NCBI GenBank assembly: GCA_022605425.2
Contig: JAKIMF020000007.1
Span: 1,178,001 to 1,242,000, forward strand
DNA from: Hamiltosporidium tvaerminnensis FI-OER-3-3
Lineage: Eukaryota > Fungi > Microsporidia
Direction: 5' to 3'
DNA length: 64,000 bases
The position numbers and the translations under genes are program-made. Positions 39,300 through 50,615 of the stretch are shown in pieces; the stretch's first letter is position 1, and every line of letters starts with the position of its first letter. Under the pieces are notes generated by a model that worked only from the letters and a program-made list of their open reading frames with translations, made no database searches and had not been told where the DNA came from.

Positions 39300-40350
39300 C
39301 CTCACTGTTTATTTTCTTCATCTAATGATAGTAATGAATCTTTACTAATGTTTTAAACCCTTTAGGTTTAAATGTTACCCTAGGTTTATGCAGCGCAACT
39401 CATATCTATCAATTTGAATGATATGATGCTTTTATTTTCTTTAGAGTGACTATATTTTGTCTATATTTTAATCTTACCAAATATAAGATTACATTTATAT
39501 AAACACCGTGAATGCTGCAATATCCATGACACTCGAAGCAGATCGGGAATCCTTAAGTACGTGTTAATTTGGTTATAAGTGCACATTCCTAGGAACGCAA
39601 AGTGTATTTGCGTACTACTTTTGGAGAAAAAGCAGCTTAAAAACGTCATATATTTATTTTCGAGTATAATAATAAAGGTATTTCGAACCTTTATCATTAG
39701 ACTTGAAATAAATTGTTCTCTTAATATTGTCCGTCGAATGTATGTTTCTGTTCGCATTTTTTTGTTAAGCAATCCGACTTATTCTAAGTTAAAAGATACG
39801 CATTTTCTAATCTGTCAAAAAATTAGGCATCTTCAGCTTTGTTTGTAGCTTATATTGAGTGATGTATCCATATCAAGGCAATTGTAAAAAAAATATCTGT
39901 TTCTCTTCTCAACAAGTCGTTCATACATAGTTTTATAATACCGAGCCTGTTTAATATATTATTTTAAGGTGCAAACATTTCAAATAGTATACTTCGCATT
40001 TCTACAATAAACACCGTCATACTTTAGGTTTTTAAACATATGTTTGCTTTCATGTATTTCTTGTCGAGCTATAATATCAGTATAATATTTCTCAGGTTCG
40101 AGTGCAAAACTAGCCATTGCTACTGCTCAGAAGAAGTTGTGTACAATCCATGCTCAATATTACTTGCACTTTTTTTCTGTAAATATATTTCTCTTGAAAA
40201 TTTCGTTTATGAATTTCCTAGTTTTCTTTTCGATCTTCTAACAATATGATTTTGAAATATAGATTCGTTAGACCGTGCCCAACCCATTATTTTATCCGGG
40301 CTAGCGGTGGGCAGAAAGTGGTATACCACAAGCTCTGGTAGAGTTGCTTA
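39300..40350 (-). mobile_element. Degenerate 5' part of an RTE-type LINE (5' UTR + AP endonuclease relic)
   Basis: Translation VGLLNKKMRTETYIRRTI...TYNQINTYL follows the RTE APE pattern GDFNAKxG.E...R.TIG...T.NQIDH.L; the 5' end has agcccggataaa...gggttgggcacgg. Confidence 0.55.
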
Positions 40351-40699
40351 ACATCACACCTAATATAAAAATTAAGATAACCTAATCCAAAAAAACCATT
40401 TATACCCAATTTTATCGTTTTGTTCCCAGCTCGATTGCTGATACTATAATGTTAACGATGTCTGTTATTATCACAAAAGACATTTTTAAAATGAATAGAA
40501 TTAGTTCATCAATGCACAAAATTAAACATGTTCTTTAAAAAAACACTTTCATATTTACTCTCGTATTTTTATATTTATAATAAATCGTATTATCAACAAA
40601 TTACAAACATTAAAAATAGAAGGGTATACCAATATACTTCCTTCTATGTTCATCTTTCGAATCTGTCTTTTCTTCATTATTTATTCGAAAACTTTAAAA

Positions 40700-40870
40700 A
40701 ATACACTTTTTATTTTTATAAGATAATTCGATAATTTAAGAAATTAACCTGGGTTGTAAATTTTAAATATTTATACAAATACAACATATTCTATTAATCA
40801 TAAGCTTTTTTGACATCAATCCATGTTACCTTATTTCTTCGCTACTTTTCGTTTCATCATAAAATATTCA
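40700..40870 (-). mobile_element. Short LINE reverse-transcriptase relic
   Basis: Encodes VTWIDVKKAYD, nearly identical to the ATWIDVKKAYDS motif at ~60055-60095. Confidence 0.6.
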
Positions 40871-40970
40871 TGCCCTGTACTTTAGAATTAATTAAAAAAG
40901 CTTTGAATAAAAATTTGAAATAAAAAAGAATCAAAAACGCTGCTAAAATTAATTTTAAATACAAAATTGT

Positions 40971-40980
40971 TTACCCCTTC
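40971..40980 (+). promoter_or_regulatory. Microsporidian CCC-like start-proximal motif
   Basis: ttaccccttc directly before the ATG and preceded by an AT tract; equivalents occur before the ATGs at 35827, 48923, 56343 and 63676. Confidence 0.6.
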
Positions 40981-43917
40981 ATGTGGACATCACAAGACCT
41001 ACGAAGATCATTTATATCCTTTTTTAAATCACACAACCACACACACATACCTTCTTCACCAATAGTACCCAACGACACATCTCTTCTATTCACCAACAGT
41101 GGAATGGTCCAATTCAAAAAAATATTTCTTTCAACCGAAACAAACACATTTTTCAATTCACTTAAAAGAGCCTGTTCGATACAAAGATGCCTACGTGCCG
41201 GAGGAAAACACAACGACCTGGAAGATGTCGGAAAAGATACCTACCACCACACATACTTTGAAATGCTAGGAAATTGGTCATTTAACGATTATTTTAAAGA
41301 AAAAGCCATCGATCTCGCTTACCAATACCTTGTAAGCTTAAATATAGAAATGAAAAATATTTATGTCACATATTATCAAGGCACCGACAAAATACCGACA
41401 GACCTCGAAACCAAAACCCTTTGGTTAAAATATTTACCACCCGAACGTATTTTACCATTCGAAAAAGAGAATTTCTGGGAAATGGGAGACACAGGTCCCT
41501 GTGGTCCCTGCACAGAGATACATTATGACAGAATAGGAAATAGATTTGTACCTGAGTTAGTAAACAAAGACGATCCAACTGTTATAGAAATATGGAATAT
41601 CGTTTTTATAGAATTCGAAAGACAAAATGATAATTCATTAATTATTTTAAAGAATAAAAGCATCGATACTGGAATGGGAATGGAAAGAGTTTTAAGTATT
41701 TTAAATAATACTTTTTCTAATTATATGACTGATTTATTTTTACCTCTGTTTTCTGTAATCACTGAATTTTCACCAATTAATTATATTTATAAAGATTCTG
41801 ATTGTTTAGAAGATGTAGGATGTAGAGTATTGGCTGATCATGGTAGAACTATTTCTGTTTGTATTAAAGAAATAAGACCTTCTAACGAAGGTAGAGGATA
41901 TGTGTTAAGAAGGGTTATACGAAGGGCTATTCGTTATATGAAGAAGATGGAATTAAAGGAGGGGTTTTTGTGTGAGTTGGTTAGAGTGGCAAGTAAGATA
42001 ACGGGTGTTAGTATTAGTGAGGAGGAGATGGGTGTTATTATGGGAGAGGAGGTGTTATTTAGTAGGTCTTTAGATAAAGGGTTGGGGGTGTTAGAGAAGG
42101 TAATGGAAAGTAGTAAGAATAAAGGGGGTGTTATTTCAGGTAGTGATATTTTCTTGTTATATGACACTTACGGGTTTCCAAGTGATTTGACAGAAATAAT
42201 TTGTAAGGAAAATAACATGGTATGTGACTTAAAGGGTTTTAATGATCTGTTTAAGGAACAAAGGGAAATAACACGTGTTAGGAGTAAGAAGTGTTTAACG
42301 GGTAGAATTAGTACAGGTGTTATTGAACAATTAGGGGGTGTTATTCCTACTGATGATAGTTTTAAGTATCGATGTAATGGATTAAGGGGGAGTGTGTTAT
42401 TTACAATAGAAAATGGTTTATTAATTCCTTATAAAGAGACTCAAGAGTATGATAATGAAAATTCATGTAAAGAGACTCCTTGTAATCAAGTACTCTCAAA
42501 GGAAACCATAAATAATAATTTAATTGGTTTAATTTCTGATAAAACACCTTTTTTTAGTGAATCGGGTGGTCAGGTGAGTGACATAGGAAAATTTTATTTT
42601 ATGCAAAAAAATTCCATGAAAATAGATGAATGTGTTTATGCGGATTTTAGATTTTTAAAAAAAATTTTTAAAGAATTTGAAGACACGCATAAACACATTG
42701 GAGAGTTAAAAATTATTGATGTACAGAAATATGGAAGTGTTGTTGTACATTTTGGATATTTGAAAGGAAAATTAAGTGAAGATGTTTTTATGGTGTATGA
42801 TGGGTGTAGAAGAGAATGTATTAGAAAGAATCATAGTGGTACGCATTTGTTGAATTATTTTTTGCGAAGAGTTTTGTTTGAAGAAGAAAGAAATAATTTG
42901 AAAGAAGAAATTGGTTTTAGTAAAGAAGAAGAAAAGGATTCAATTGATTTGAAGGAAGGAAATAATTTTAATGAGAAAAAAGATGGAAAAAAAGCTGATA
43001 AAAAAGAACAAATTTGTGGAGAAATTAGGAACGAAGAAAAAATTTTAAATAATTTAAATACCATCGCATTTCAGATGGGAAGTGAAGTTTCTGAAGAAAA
43101 ATTGAGATTTGATTTTTCGAGTTTAAAAAATTTGAGTTTGGAAAATTTAAAAAAAGTTGAATTTTTTGTAAATTCAGTTATAAATGAAGAATTAAAAGTG
43201 GAAAAAAATACGGTAAAAATAGAAAATGTGGGATTGGAAACGATAAGAATGAAGGAAGAGGACTATCCTGGGTTGGTGAGGAAGATAGAAGTAAAGAGCA
43301 AGTATGGACTGATCAGTGAGTTGTGTGGTGGGACACATGTGGACAATACGAAAGAAATAGGAAAATTTAGAATTTTAAGCGAGGGAAGTGTAAGTTTTTC
43401 TGTTCGTAGAATAATTGCGGTGACGGGTGAATCTGCTTTGGAAAGAGAAAGGAAAGCGACTAAAGTTTTGAATTTGGTGAGGGAAGGAAAGAGCGTGGAT
43501 ACGAGTATTTTAAAAGAATTACCGCTTTTCGAAAGATTAGAAATTGAAAATTTTATTAAAGAAAATGACAAAATAAAATTAGAAGAAAGAAAAAAAATTG
43601 TAAATTTTCATATTAAAAATATTCAAGAATCCAACGAAGAATTCATTATTTACGAAGTGAAATGTGAAGATTTAGAAAAATCTGTAATTTTGATTGCTGC
43701 TGGACTTGTAAAGAATAAAAAAAGTGGAGTAGTTTGGGGAAAAAATGAAAAAGAAATATTTTGTTCTTTTCGATGTGAAAATGCCGTAGAAAAAACTGAA
43801 ATTTTTTTGAAAGAATGTTTAAATGTAAAAGTCGGGGGAAAAGGAAGAATTGCCAATGGAAAGGCATTGTTGACTGATAATTGGAATTTAAAGAAATTTA
43901 GTGAATTAAAAATTTAG
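40981..43917 (+). CDS. ALA1: Alanyl-tRNA synthetase
   Basis: LLFTNSGMVQFK, QRCLRAGGKHNDL, HHTYFEMLGNWSF, GPCGPCTEI, IDTGMGMER, LYDTYGFP, and editing motifs NHSGTHLL and ELCGGTH. Confidence 0.99.
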   Translation: MWTSQDLRRSFISFFKSHNHTHIPSSPIVPNDTSLLFTNSGMVQFKKIFLSTETNTFFNSLKRACSIQRCLRAGGKHNDLEDVGKDTYHHTYFEMLGNWSFNDYFKEKAIDLAYQYLVSLNIEMKNIYVTYYQGTDKIPTDLETKTLWLKYLPPERILPFEKENFWEMGDTGPCGPCTEIHYDRIGNRFVPELVNKDDPTVIEIWNIVFIEFERQNDNSLIILKNKSIDTGMGMERVLSILNNTFSNYMTDLFLPLFSVITEFSPINYIYKDSDCLEDVGCRVLADHGRTISVCIKEIRPSNEGRGYVLRRVIRRAIRYMKKMELKEGFLCELVRVASKITGVSISEEEMGVIMGEEVLFSRSLDKGLGVLEKVMESSKNKGGVISGSDIFLLYDTYGFPSDLTEIICKENNMVCDLKGFNDLFKEQREITRVRSKKCLTGRISTGVIEQLGGVIPTDDSFKYRCNGLRGSVLFTIENGLLIPYKETQEYDNENSCKETPCNQVLSKETINNNLIGLISDKTPFFSESGGQVSDIGKFYFMQKNSMKIDECVYADFRFLKKIFKEFEDTHKHIGELKIIDVQKYGSVVVHFGYLKGKLSEDVFMVYDGCRRECIRKNHSGTHLLNYFLRRVLFEEERNNLKEEIGFSKEEEKDSIDLKEGNNFNEKKDGKKADKKEQICGEIRNEEKILNNLNTIAFQMGSEVSEEKLRFDFSSLKNLSLENLKKVEFFVNSVINEELKVEKNTVKIENVGLETIRMKEEDYPGLVRKIEVKSKYGLISELCGGTHVDNTKEIGKFRILSEGSVSFSVRRIIAVTGESALERERKATKVLNLVREGKSVDTSILKELPLFERLEIENFIKENDKIKLEERKKIVNFHIKNIQESNEEFIIYEVKCEDLEKSVILIAAGLVKNKKSGVVWGKNEKEIFCSFRCENAVEKTEIFLKECLNVKVGGKGRIANGKALLTDNWNLKKFSELKI

Positions 43918-44025
43918 ATTTGGTTAAAATTCTTCTTTTTAAATTATAATAAAATGTTTCGGGTTTATAATAGTTGGAAGGTATCTCAGGTTATAGTTTT
44001 TTCAAAAGAATTCATTAGTTATTTT

Positions 44026-44750
44026 TATTTAAAAATATCACATCTTTTTACAATAGTGGCAAGTGTTATATTTGTTTTCATGACATTAACGCAGTTCTAG
44101 GTTTAACATAAATAACTGCTACCCCAACACTCCATCGGTAACCCCTGCGATACCTACGTCCCAAAGCCTTTCATCTACCAGGTGTGTAGAACCTAATTAC
44201 TAGGCGAGGCAGTTGCCCGGAGTTCGTTAATGTCCATTGCATGGAGTGTGATCGAAGGCCGAAGCCCCCCCTGGGCTCCCCCAAGACTATGCAGCATTCC
44301 CACTTACTCTACACTTTCTGAACCCAATAAACTTCTAGCTAAGATATATTTCAGAGATTTACATGGGGTCCACCTAGACAGTGCAATGTCATACCAACAG
44401 GTATAACCTGCTACTTAGCTCTCCCGGCTTTTAATGGGTTTTATTTTTATATCTCCCAGGCGCTAAGTCTTCTAACCCGAGTGAGCAAGGCTAGGTTTCC
44501 ATGCTTTTACATGGCGATTACCTACATGTTCAGCTGCGGTCTGCAATCTGGTTACATAAAAAACTACAAATAAATTCGTAGAAAAAGTTTCACCATTTCT
44601 TAGACCTCTCCTCCTCATAACAACTTCCATGGAACAACCGAAAATGTAGTGTGGTTGTATTCCCACCAAAAATCCAAACAATGATCTCACACCAGTTTCA
44701 CACACTCATTGCCAAGCAGAAAGTTTTTTATGTGGTTATCCTCCCTCCAC
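44026..44750 (-). mobile_element. Retroposon family A, young full-length copy
   Basis: 12-bp TSD attagttatttt (44014-44025 / 44753-44764); inserted ~100 bp downstream of the AlaRS stop. Confidence 0.92.
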
Positions 44751-47163
44751 CAATTAGTTATTTTAACTTTAATTTATTTTTATTTTATATTTTTAATTGT
44801 TTTAAAAAATCTTCATTTGAATATTTTTGAACTGTAAAATGACTTATGAATCGAAAAAACAGCTATTTTTAAAGAATAACTATAACAAAGGTTTGTATAA
44901 TTTTTTTGTGTTTTGGCTTCTAAAATATAATTTTCTACTTTTTTATTCGATTATTTCTTTCTAATTAATTTTATTCCAAATTTTGAGAAAATGCTTGATT
45001 TTGATCATTATATTCACCCTTTGAGATTGCTTTATTTTTAGTGTTTTTATCTTAAAATATTTTCTTAAATTAGATTTTATGTGTAATAGAGGTATAGACT
45101 GTTAGGTTTTCAAAGACCTTTTTATTGCCTCATATAACACGTTATTTGAATTCTTATTCATGTTTTGTTCTTACCTCAACACGCTTCAAATAGGAAAAAT
45201 TGGTTTTATATTTTTTTACTTACGATCAATAAAATATGAGTCACCATATGAAAAATTTCAAGCTTATTAAGGTACATTATATGGTATTTGGGCACAGAAT
45301 AATATCAGTTTATAGGATAAGAGAAGGATATTTTTACATTAATAAAAAAGACACAATATAATGCCTAACAAAGTAGTAAAACCTTTTTTTATCATTTCAA
45401 AAACTAGAAAAAATTTCATAACCAATCTACACGAATAGCAGTAGTTTATATGATTTCTTGTTATAAATAAAATAAATCTCATAGGTTCGGAATTCGGATC
45501 AAAGTTTTTATTATGTTACTACACCTGTTTCAGAATACTTTATTCAAGATTTTCTTGAACAAAGGAAAACCTAGGTCGTTCTAATAACTAAAATTTCAAT
45601 TGAATGTATTTCTTAAATAATTGAAAAAAATTGATTCTAATAATCCTCTAAACATATATTATACTTGATATCATCGAAACACGCATCCTATTAAAAATAT
45701 TTTAATTTTATTTGAATCTACAATCTATCAATATTTAATTCACATTCCTTGGTATTCCAATTCCAAGTTAAAAATCTAATCAAATGAAACTAGGATTTGA
45801 TTTTATATTTCAATTTATAAGTTAATCAAAACGCAATTTTTGGGTCTTTTTATGATCGATTTCATTTAATTGTAATTTTTTTAAAGTAATCTCAAAGGTA
45901 TCTTAAATCCAAATATTTTTCAATGCTTTAAACTACTTTTTTTGTAAATGAAGAGCTAAAAATGTATAACTTCTATTATCTGTAAATAAATACATTTAAT
46001 TATGTATTATAGATGGATTTTTATTTTTCTTATAGATTAGATCATATTTTTCTAAATATTTTATCTGTATTCGTATTAGAAATTAATTAAAGATTAAATA
46101 CTATAAATTGTGTCTTATGACATAATTCTAATATTATATTTTTGGCTTATGTCTTTCCCTACTGATGAAATACAAGCAACAATCATATTAGAGTTTCCCT
46201 GGATTATATGCTTTTGACAGATGTTTTTCTTTTGATTGATTTGGTTATCAACCCGACACAAAGCTTCCTTGTTAGAAAGATAAAGAATGAGGCAACCGGA
46301 AAACAAATGAGCTCTCCAGGTTAAAATTCCGATATCCTCACTACCAGAAAATTGGCAGATTATATTATTAAATATATGGAAAACAATATAAAGATTTTTG
46401 TATTAAAAAATTTCCGAAATATTAATGTTATTTTGAGTCGGTAAATAGCAATGACCCAATTTTTAGCATCTTTACTTCAATAAAATCAAATCATGGTTTA
46501 CAAACGAGAAATTTATATCTTTCTTACCTGTTTTATTTAGTTTATATTTATTAAAGCTTAAACATATTTATTTAAGGTTTAAACCCGCTAAATATTTCTT
46601 TAAATTTTGTAATTTAGCTTTTTTATCTCAATATTTAGAATACTGAGTATTTTTTATTAAAAATTACTGCGAAAAATGGAATATTTATATAAATTGTATA
46701 CTAAAAGTAACAATTCTTAGGTTTTCAAAGAATTGTTTTTAAGGTTAAATAAAGAATAATTAAAATAAATAAAAAGAATGATAATATTTAAATATTTGCT
46801 TTGTGTGATTATTTTATTGATTATATTCTGTTTAAGTGCAGAATAATATAAATTAAACACGTCACAGCTAAAGGATTCTCTTTTTTTGGCTATAAAAATC
46901 AACTTAAAATTTTCCTAATTATTTTGATTGGTAATAAATCTGAATGCCTATCTTTCAACAATAAGTTTTAGTGTAAATCGTTTAATATATCATATTTTTT
47001 ATAAATATTAGAATATATTTATAAACGTTTAATATAAATTTAATTTAATTTAAAACATATTTGGTAAATATATTCTAATATTTATAAAAAATATGTAAGT
47101 AAAATTATGTTAAAAGTAAAATTTCTAATATTTTTAAAAAATCAAGATATCGTTAAACACTTT

Positions 47164-48923
47164 TTAATGAAAATAAATCTGGCTTAAATCATCGATTATT
47201 TTTTGTGATATTGTATCTCGAAATGTCTTGGGAGTTAGATTTGGGTTTAAAACAATTTTCGATATATAATGTAAAAAAAGATTACAGGTTTCTAAAAACA
47301 TTATATAATCGTAATACTTTGGTAATGCTCCATTAGTAATTTTTTGTGTCAAATTAGAAATGTTTTTATTCATCCACAGATTAAACTCTAAAAACTGTGA
47401 ATTTTTTATTCGGTTGATAAAAAATAATTTGTCTAAAAATATTGTTTCATAAACGCGGGCGATATTATAGAACAAACTGCCAACATTTTGACTTGTATAA
47501 TATGAGTTATAATCAAGTTTTTGTTTCATATGAATATCGAGTTCTAGATCTGAATTTCCAGGCAATTTTTTCATGGTTTTGTACTCTAGAATTATTGATT
47601 TTAAAAATTCCAGGTTTTCATTTGATACAAATATAAAAACATCAAATATTATACCAGGTATTCCCGAAAATATGTATTTAATAGAGAAAATTCTGTCGCA
47701 ATGCGAAGGATAACAACTTAAATCCGCTGAAATTTCAAATATTTCATTTATTATTCCTTTATTAAGTACTTCAAAAATATTTTTGCTTAATTCTAATAAA
47801 TATCTATTTAAATTATAAATAATTTCTTTGTTAATCTCATATAGATAAGAAATAGCTCCTCTTTCGTCTTTTTCAAGATTCTGGCTGATAAATGGTTTTA
47901 AACACCCATAATTATATTCCATTATTGCCTTCATTAATCCCAGACACCATGAAATATAAAAAAGATTATTTCGTATATTGACATCATTATATACTACACC
48001 TTCGATCCAACTTGGAAGAAGCAAATATATTGGCTTCAAATATATAAATGGTAAATTATCTGTGTAAAAAATTGATAAGATATTTGAGCTGAACATTTTA
48101 GATAAGTTGCAACCAAAACCTATACCATATTTACGCATCCTTAAGATTTTTTTTACACATACATTTTATATTCTTACCTATCTGTGCAACTTGATTTTTA
48201 TTATCAAAAACGTTATTCAAGATTAATTTAGTATTATTTTCCAATAAAGGATACATACTTTCAAGCTTATGAATCCATCTTTTTCTAAACAAAGATTCAA
48301 GTAGCTCTAGCATTTCCAATCGATTTGTTTCTATGAAACAATGGCCGTCGAAATTTAGAAGCTGGAACATATCATTTTTCAAAGAACCATTTTCATCTTT
48401 TCGCATTCTTTCGATGAGAGCATTCATTTGAACTGAATTATTATAATTTACCTGGTTGGATAGCATGTTGTATAGAAGGCGGCATGGAATTCGTGACCAT
48501 GTTATATTCCTGCGCAAATACAAATCCCTGGCCAGGAATCATACTAGGAATGGATAAAGAATCCTGGAGATTAACAGGTATATTTGGCCTTATATAAGGA
48601 TTCATAGGCAAAAATATTGGACTAGGGCTGACAGTAGGTTCAATACAGGGGTACATGCTTCCTTGGTAATTTGAAACCAATACGCGTTGTAAAGGTGGCA
48701 AAGGATATGTATTGTAAACAAAGGGCTGTGAGAATGTAATAAGATGCGGCCAGTGAAGGTGTTCCGGACGAGAAAACTCCGTATTGTAAGTCAAAATTCG
48801 TGGGATTTGCTGATTTTGAATATTTGCTACACTATAGAGCTGGGTTGGTATTGCAGGATACACATTTGAAGAAAAAATAGTGACTAAGAAACAAATTCTA
48901 TAAATATATGCGGCGTACCTCAT
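47164..48923 (-). pseudogene. Secreted Pro-rich family paralog 2, two frameshifts
   Basis: Three overlapping ORFs (48441-48923, 48131-48523, 47164-48138) rebuild signal peptide + Pro-rich region + conserved domain (PFIYLKPIYLLLPSW, LNPNLTP). Confidence 0.75.
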
Positions 48924-50385
48924 TGGGGTAATTTTTTTTCGGTTTTAATATATATTTTAGGATACAAAAATGATTAAATATTATCAATTTAATAAATAAT
49001 CAGTTTTTAATCGATAAAAGGAAATTTTTATATTCGGATATGATTTTAATTAATGATAAAAAATTTACGAGTTTTTTTCATAAATATCATTGTTCTACAA
49101 CATGTTCTTGCGCTTCAAAAATAAAAATATCAAATGTGGAAATAGAAAAATACAAAAAAGGCTCTGAATAATTTATGAGATTACTTTTCGAGCAGTTACT
49201 AGAAAGCTCAAAGTATGATATGTCGGACGCTTTATACCGCTAAACATAACCCTAACAGTATACACCCATAGAATTGGCAGATACCATTGTAAAAGCCTTA
49301 AGTTTCAAATGTGTCAACATGCGCATTTATTTGATTATGTTGTACCAAAACCTCTATAATATGTCAATCAACAGCCCGAGACAGCCTGTTAACTTACTGA
49401 TCTGGAAATATATTGACTAAAATGTCTAATTTAGCAAAATCTCTATTAAAGCCAAAATACAAAGCAAGTCGCCAACGTAAATTTCTTTTACTACAAACAG
49501 GGTTTTGAAAAATGTCTTAAAAAGCTTTGTAATGATGCAGATATATATAAAAATTCTTGAGATTGTTTAAATATTATCTTAATGGTAAAATATGACATAT
49601 GGTGGAAACCAAGCATAATATTACGATAAAAAATGGGTAGGAATTGCTGTATTCAAATGCTTTATTTACATTTTTTCAAAATAATATTACTATTTCAAAG
49701 TAAGAGTATTATTTTTTGTTAAACTTCGAAAATTGAAAAAAAGACCTCAATGAGTGAAATGAAAGCATTTTAATTGAATTATATGCTAGTGGAGATTCTG
49801 ATAGATTTGCAAAAATTCACATAGCAAAATATGTTTATTTAATGAAGTTCTTTACCTGTTTGAAAGTTTTATGTAGTGACCTTAAGTATTTAATGCAAAT
49901 GAATTCAAAAAAGTTAAATTGGCTTATGAGAAAACAAAGCAGCAAGAACTATGATCTTTAAAAATTTAAAGATTTTTTTAGGAAACACTTGACAACAATT
50001 TTCAATTCAAAAATTTTTTTGAGAAAACTTGGAATAAATTTAATTAAATATTTTAAATTTTAATCGTTTGTTCGCGCGGCTAATTAAAAAAAACTGCCTA
50101 AAAGACCGATCAAAAACTTGGTGTAAAATTAAAAGACATATGATTTTGTTTCTAAATATAAATTTCTAGGTTTATTTCATTTCGCGTTACTAGTGTTTTT
50201 AATCCGTGAATATAGAACATTGTAAGGAAATTGTATTTTATTGTGTTACTATCATAAAAAAAACTAAATTTATAAATTTTTATGTGAAGAAAGTGGTATT
50301 TGTAGGTCAAATATGTATTTCGAAGTCTTCTTCACATCAGATTTAAAAATTTTTTTTATTAAATATGTACAAAATGTTACTGATT

Positions 50386-50615
50386 CCTCATCATACCAGG
50401 TGCATAAATTTCTTGGAGTATTCTCTGCTTTTCGTAAGAGGCGACTAAAAGGGACTAGTCCTCCGGGTTTGGGTTGGACGTAAAGTTAACAACCCCCTTT
50501 TAAAACCACCGTGTTAAGAAACCCAAAAAAGTAAAGAAACTCACCAAAAGACCGGTAAGCGGTATTACTGAGGACGGCCAAGACTTGTGCAGGGTTTTAG
50601 TGCCGATGATGAAAG
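50386..50615 (+). mobile_element. RTE-derived SINE-like element (family B)
   Basis: cgtaagaggcgactaaaa...tagtgccgatgatga; TSD aaatgttactga / aaatgttaccga. Confidence 0.8.

Noticed and set aside
41366-43867. Several minus-strand ORFs inside AlaRS, and similar antisense ORFs inside other genes and the LINE
   Set aside because: Shadow ORFs of the real coding strand.
44136-44200. Twister-like string taacccctgc...gtcccaaagcc on the antisense strand of family A
   Set aside because: P4 and P2 cannot pair, and the motif is altered in the 37607 and 1458 copies.
44280-44360. Group I intron R/S-like words (gacta, aagatata)
   Set aside because: The P7 partner tagtc is absent and no host gene is interrupted in a splice-consistent way.
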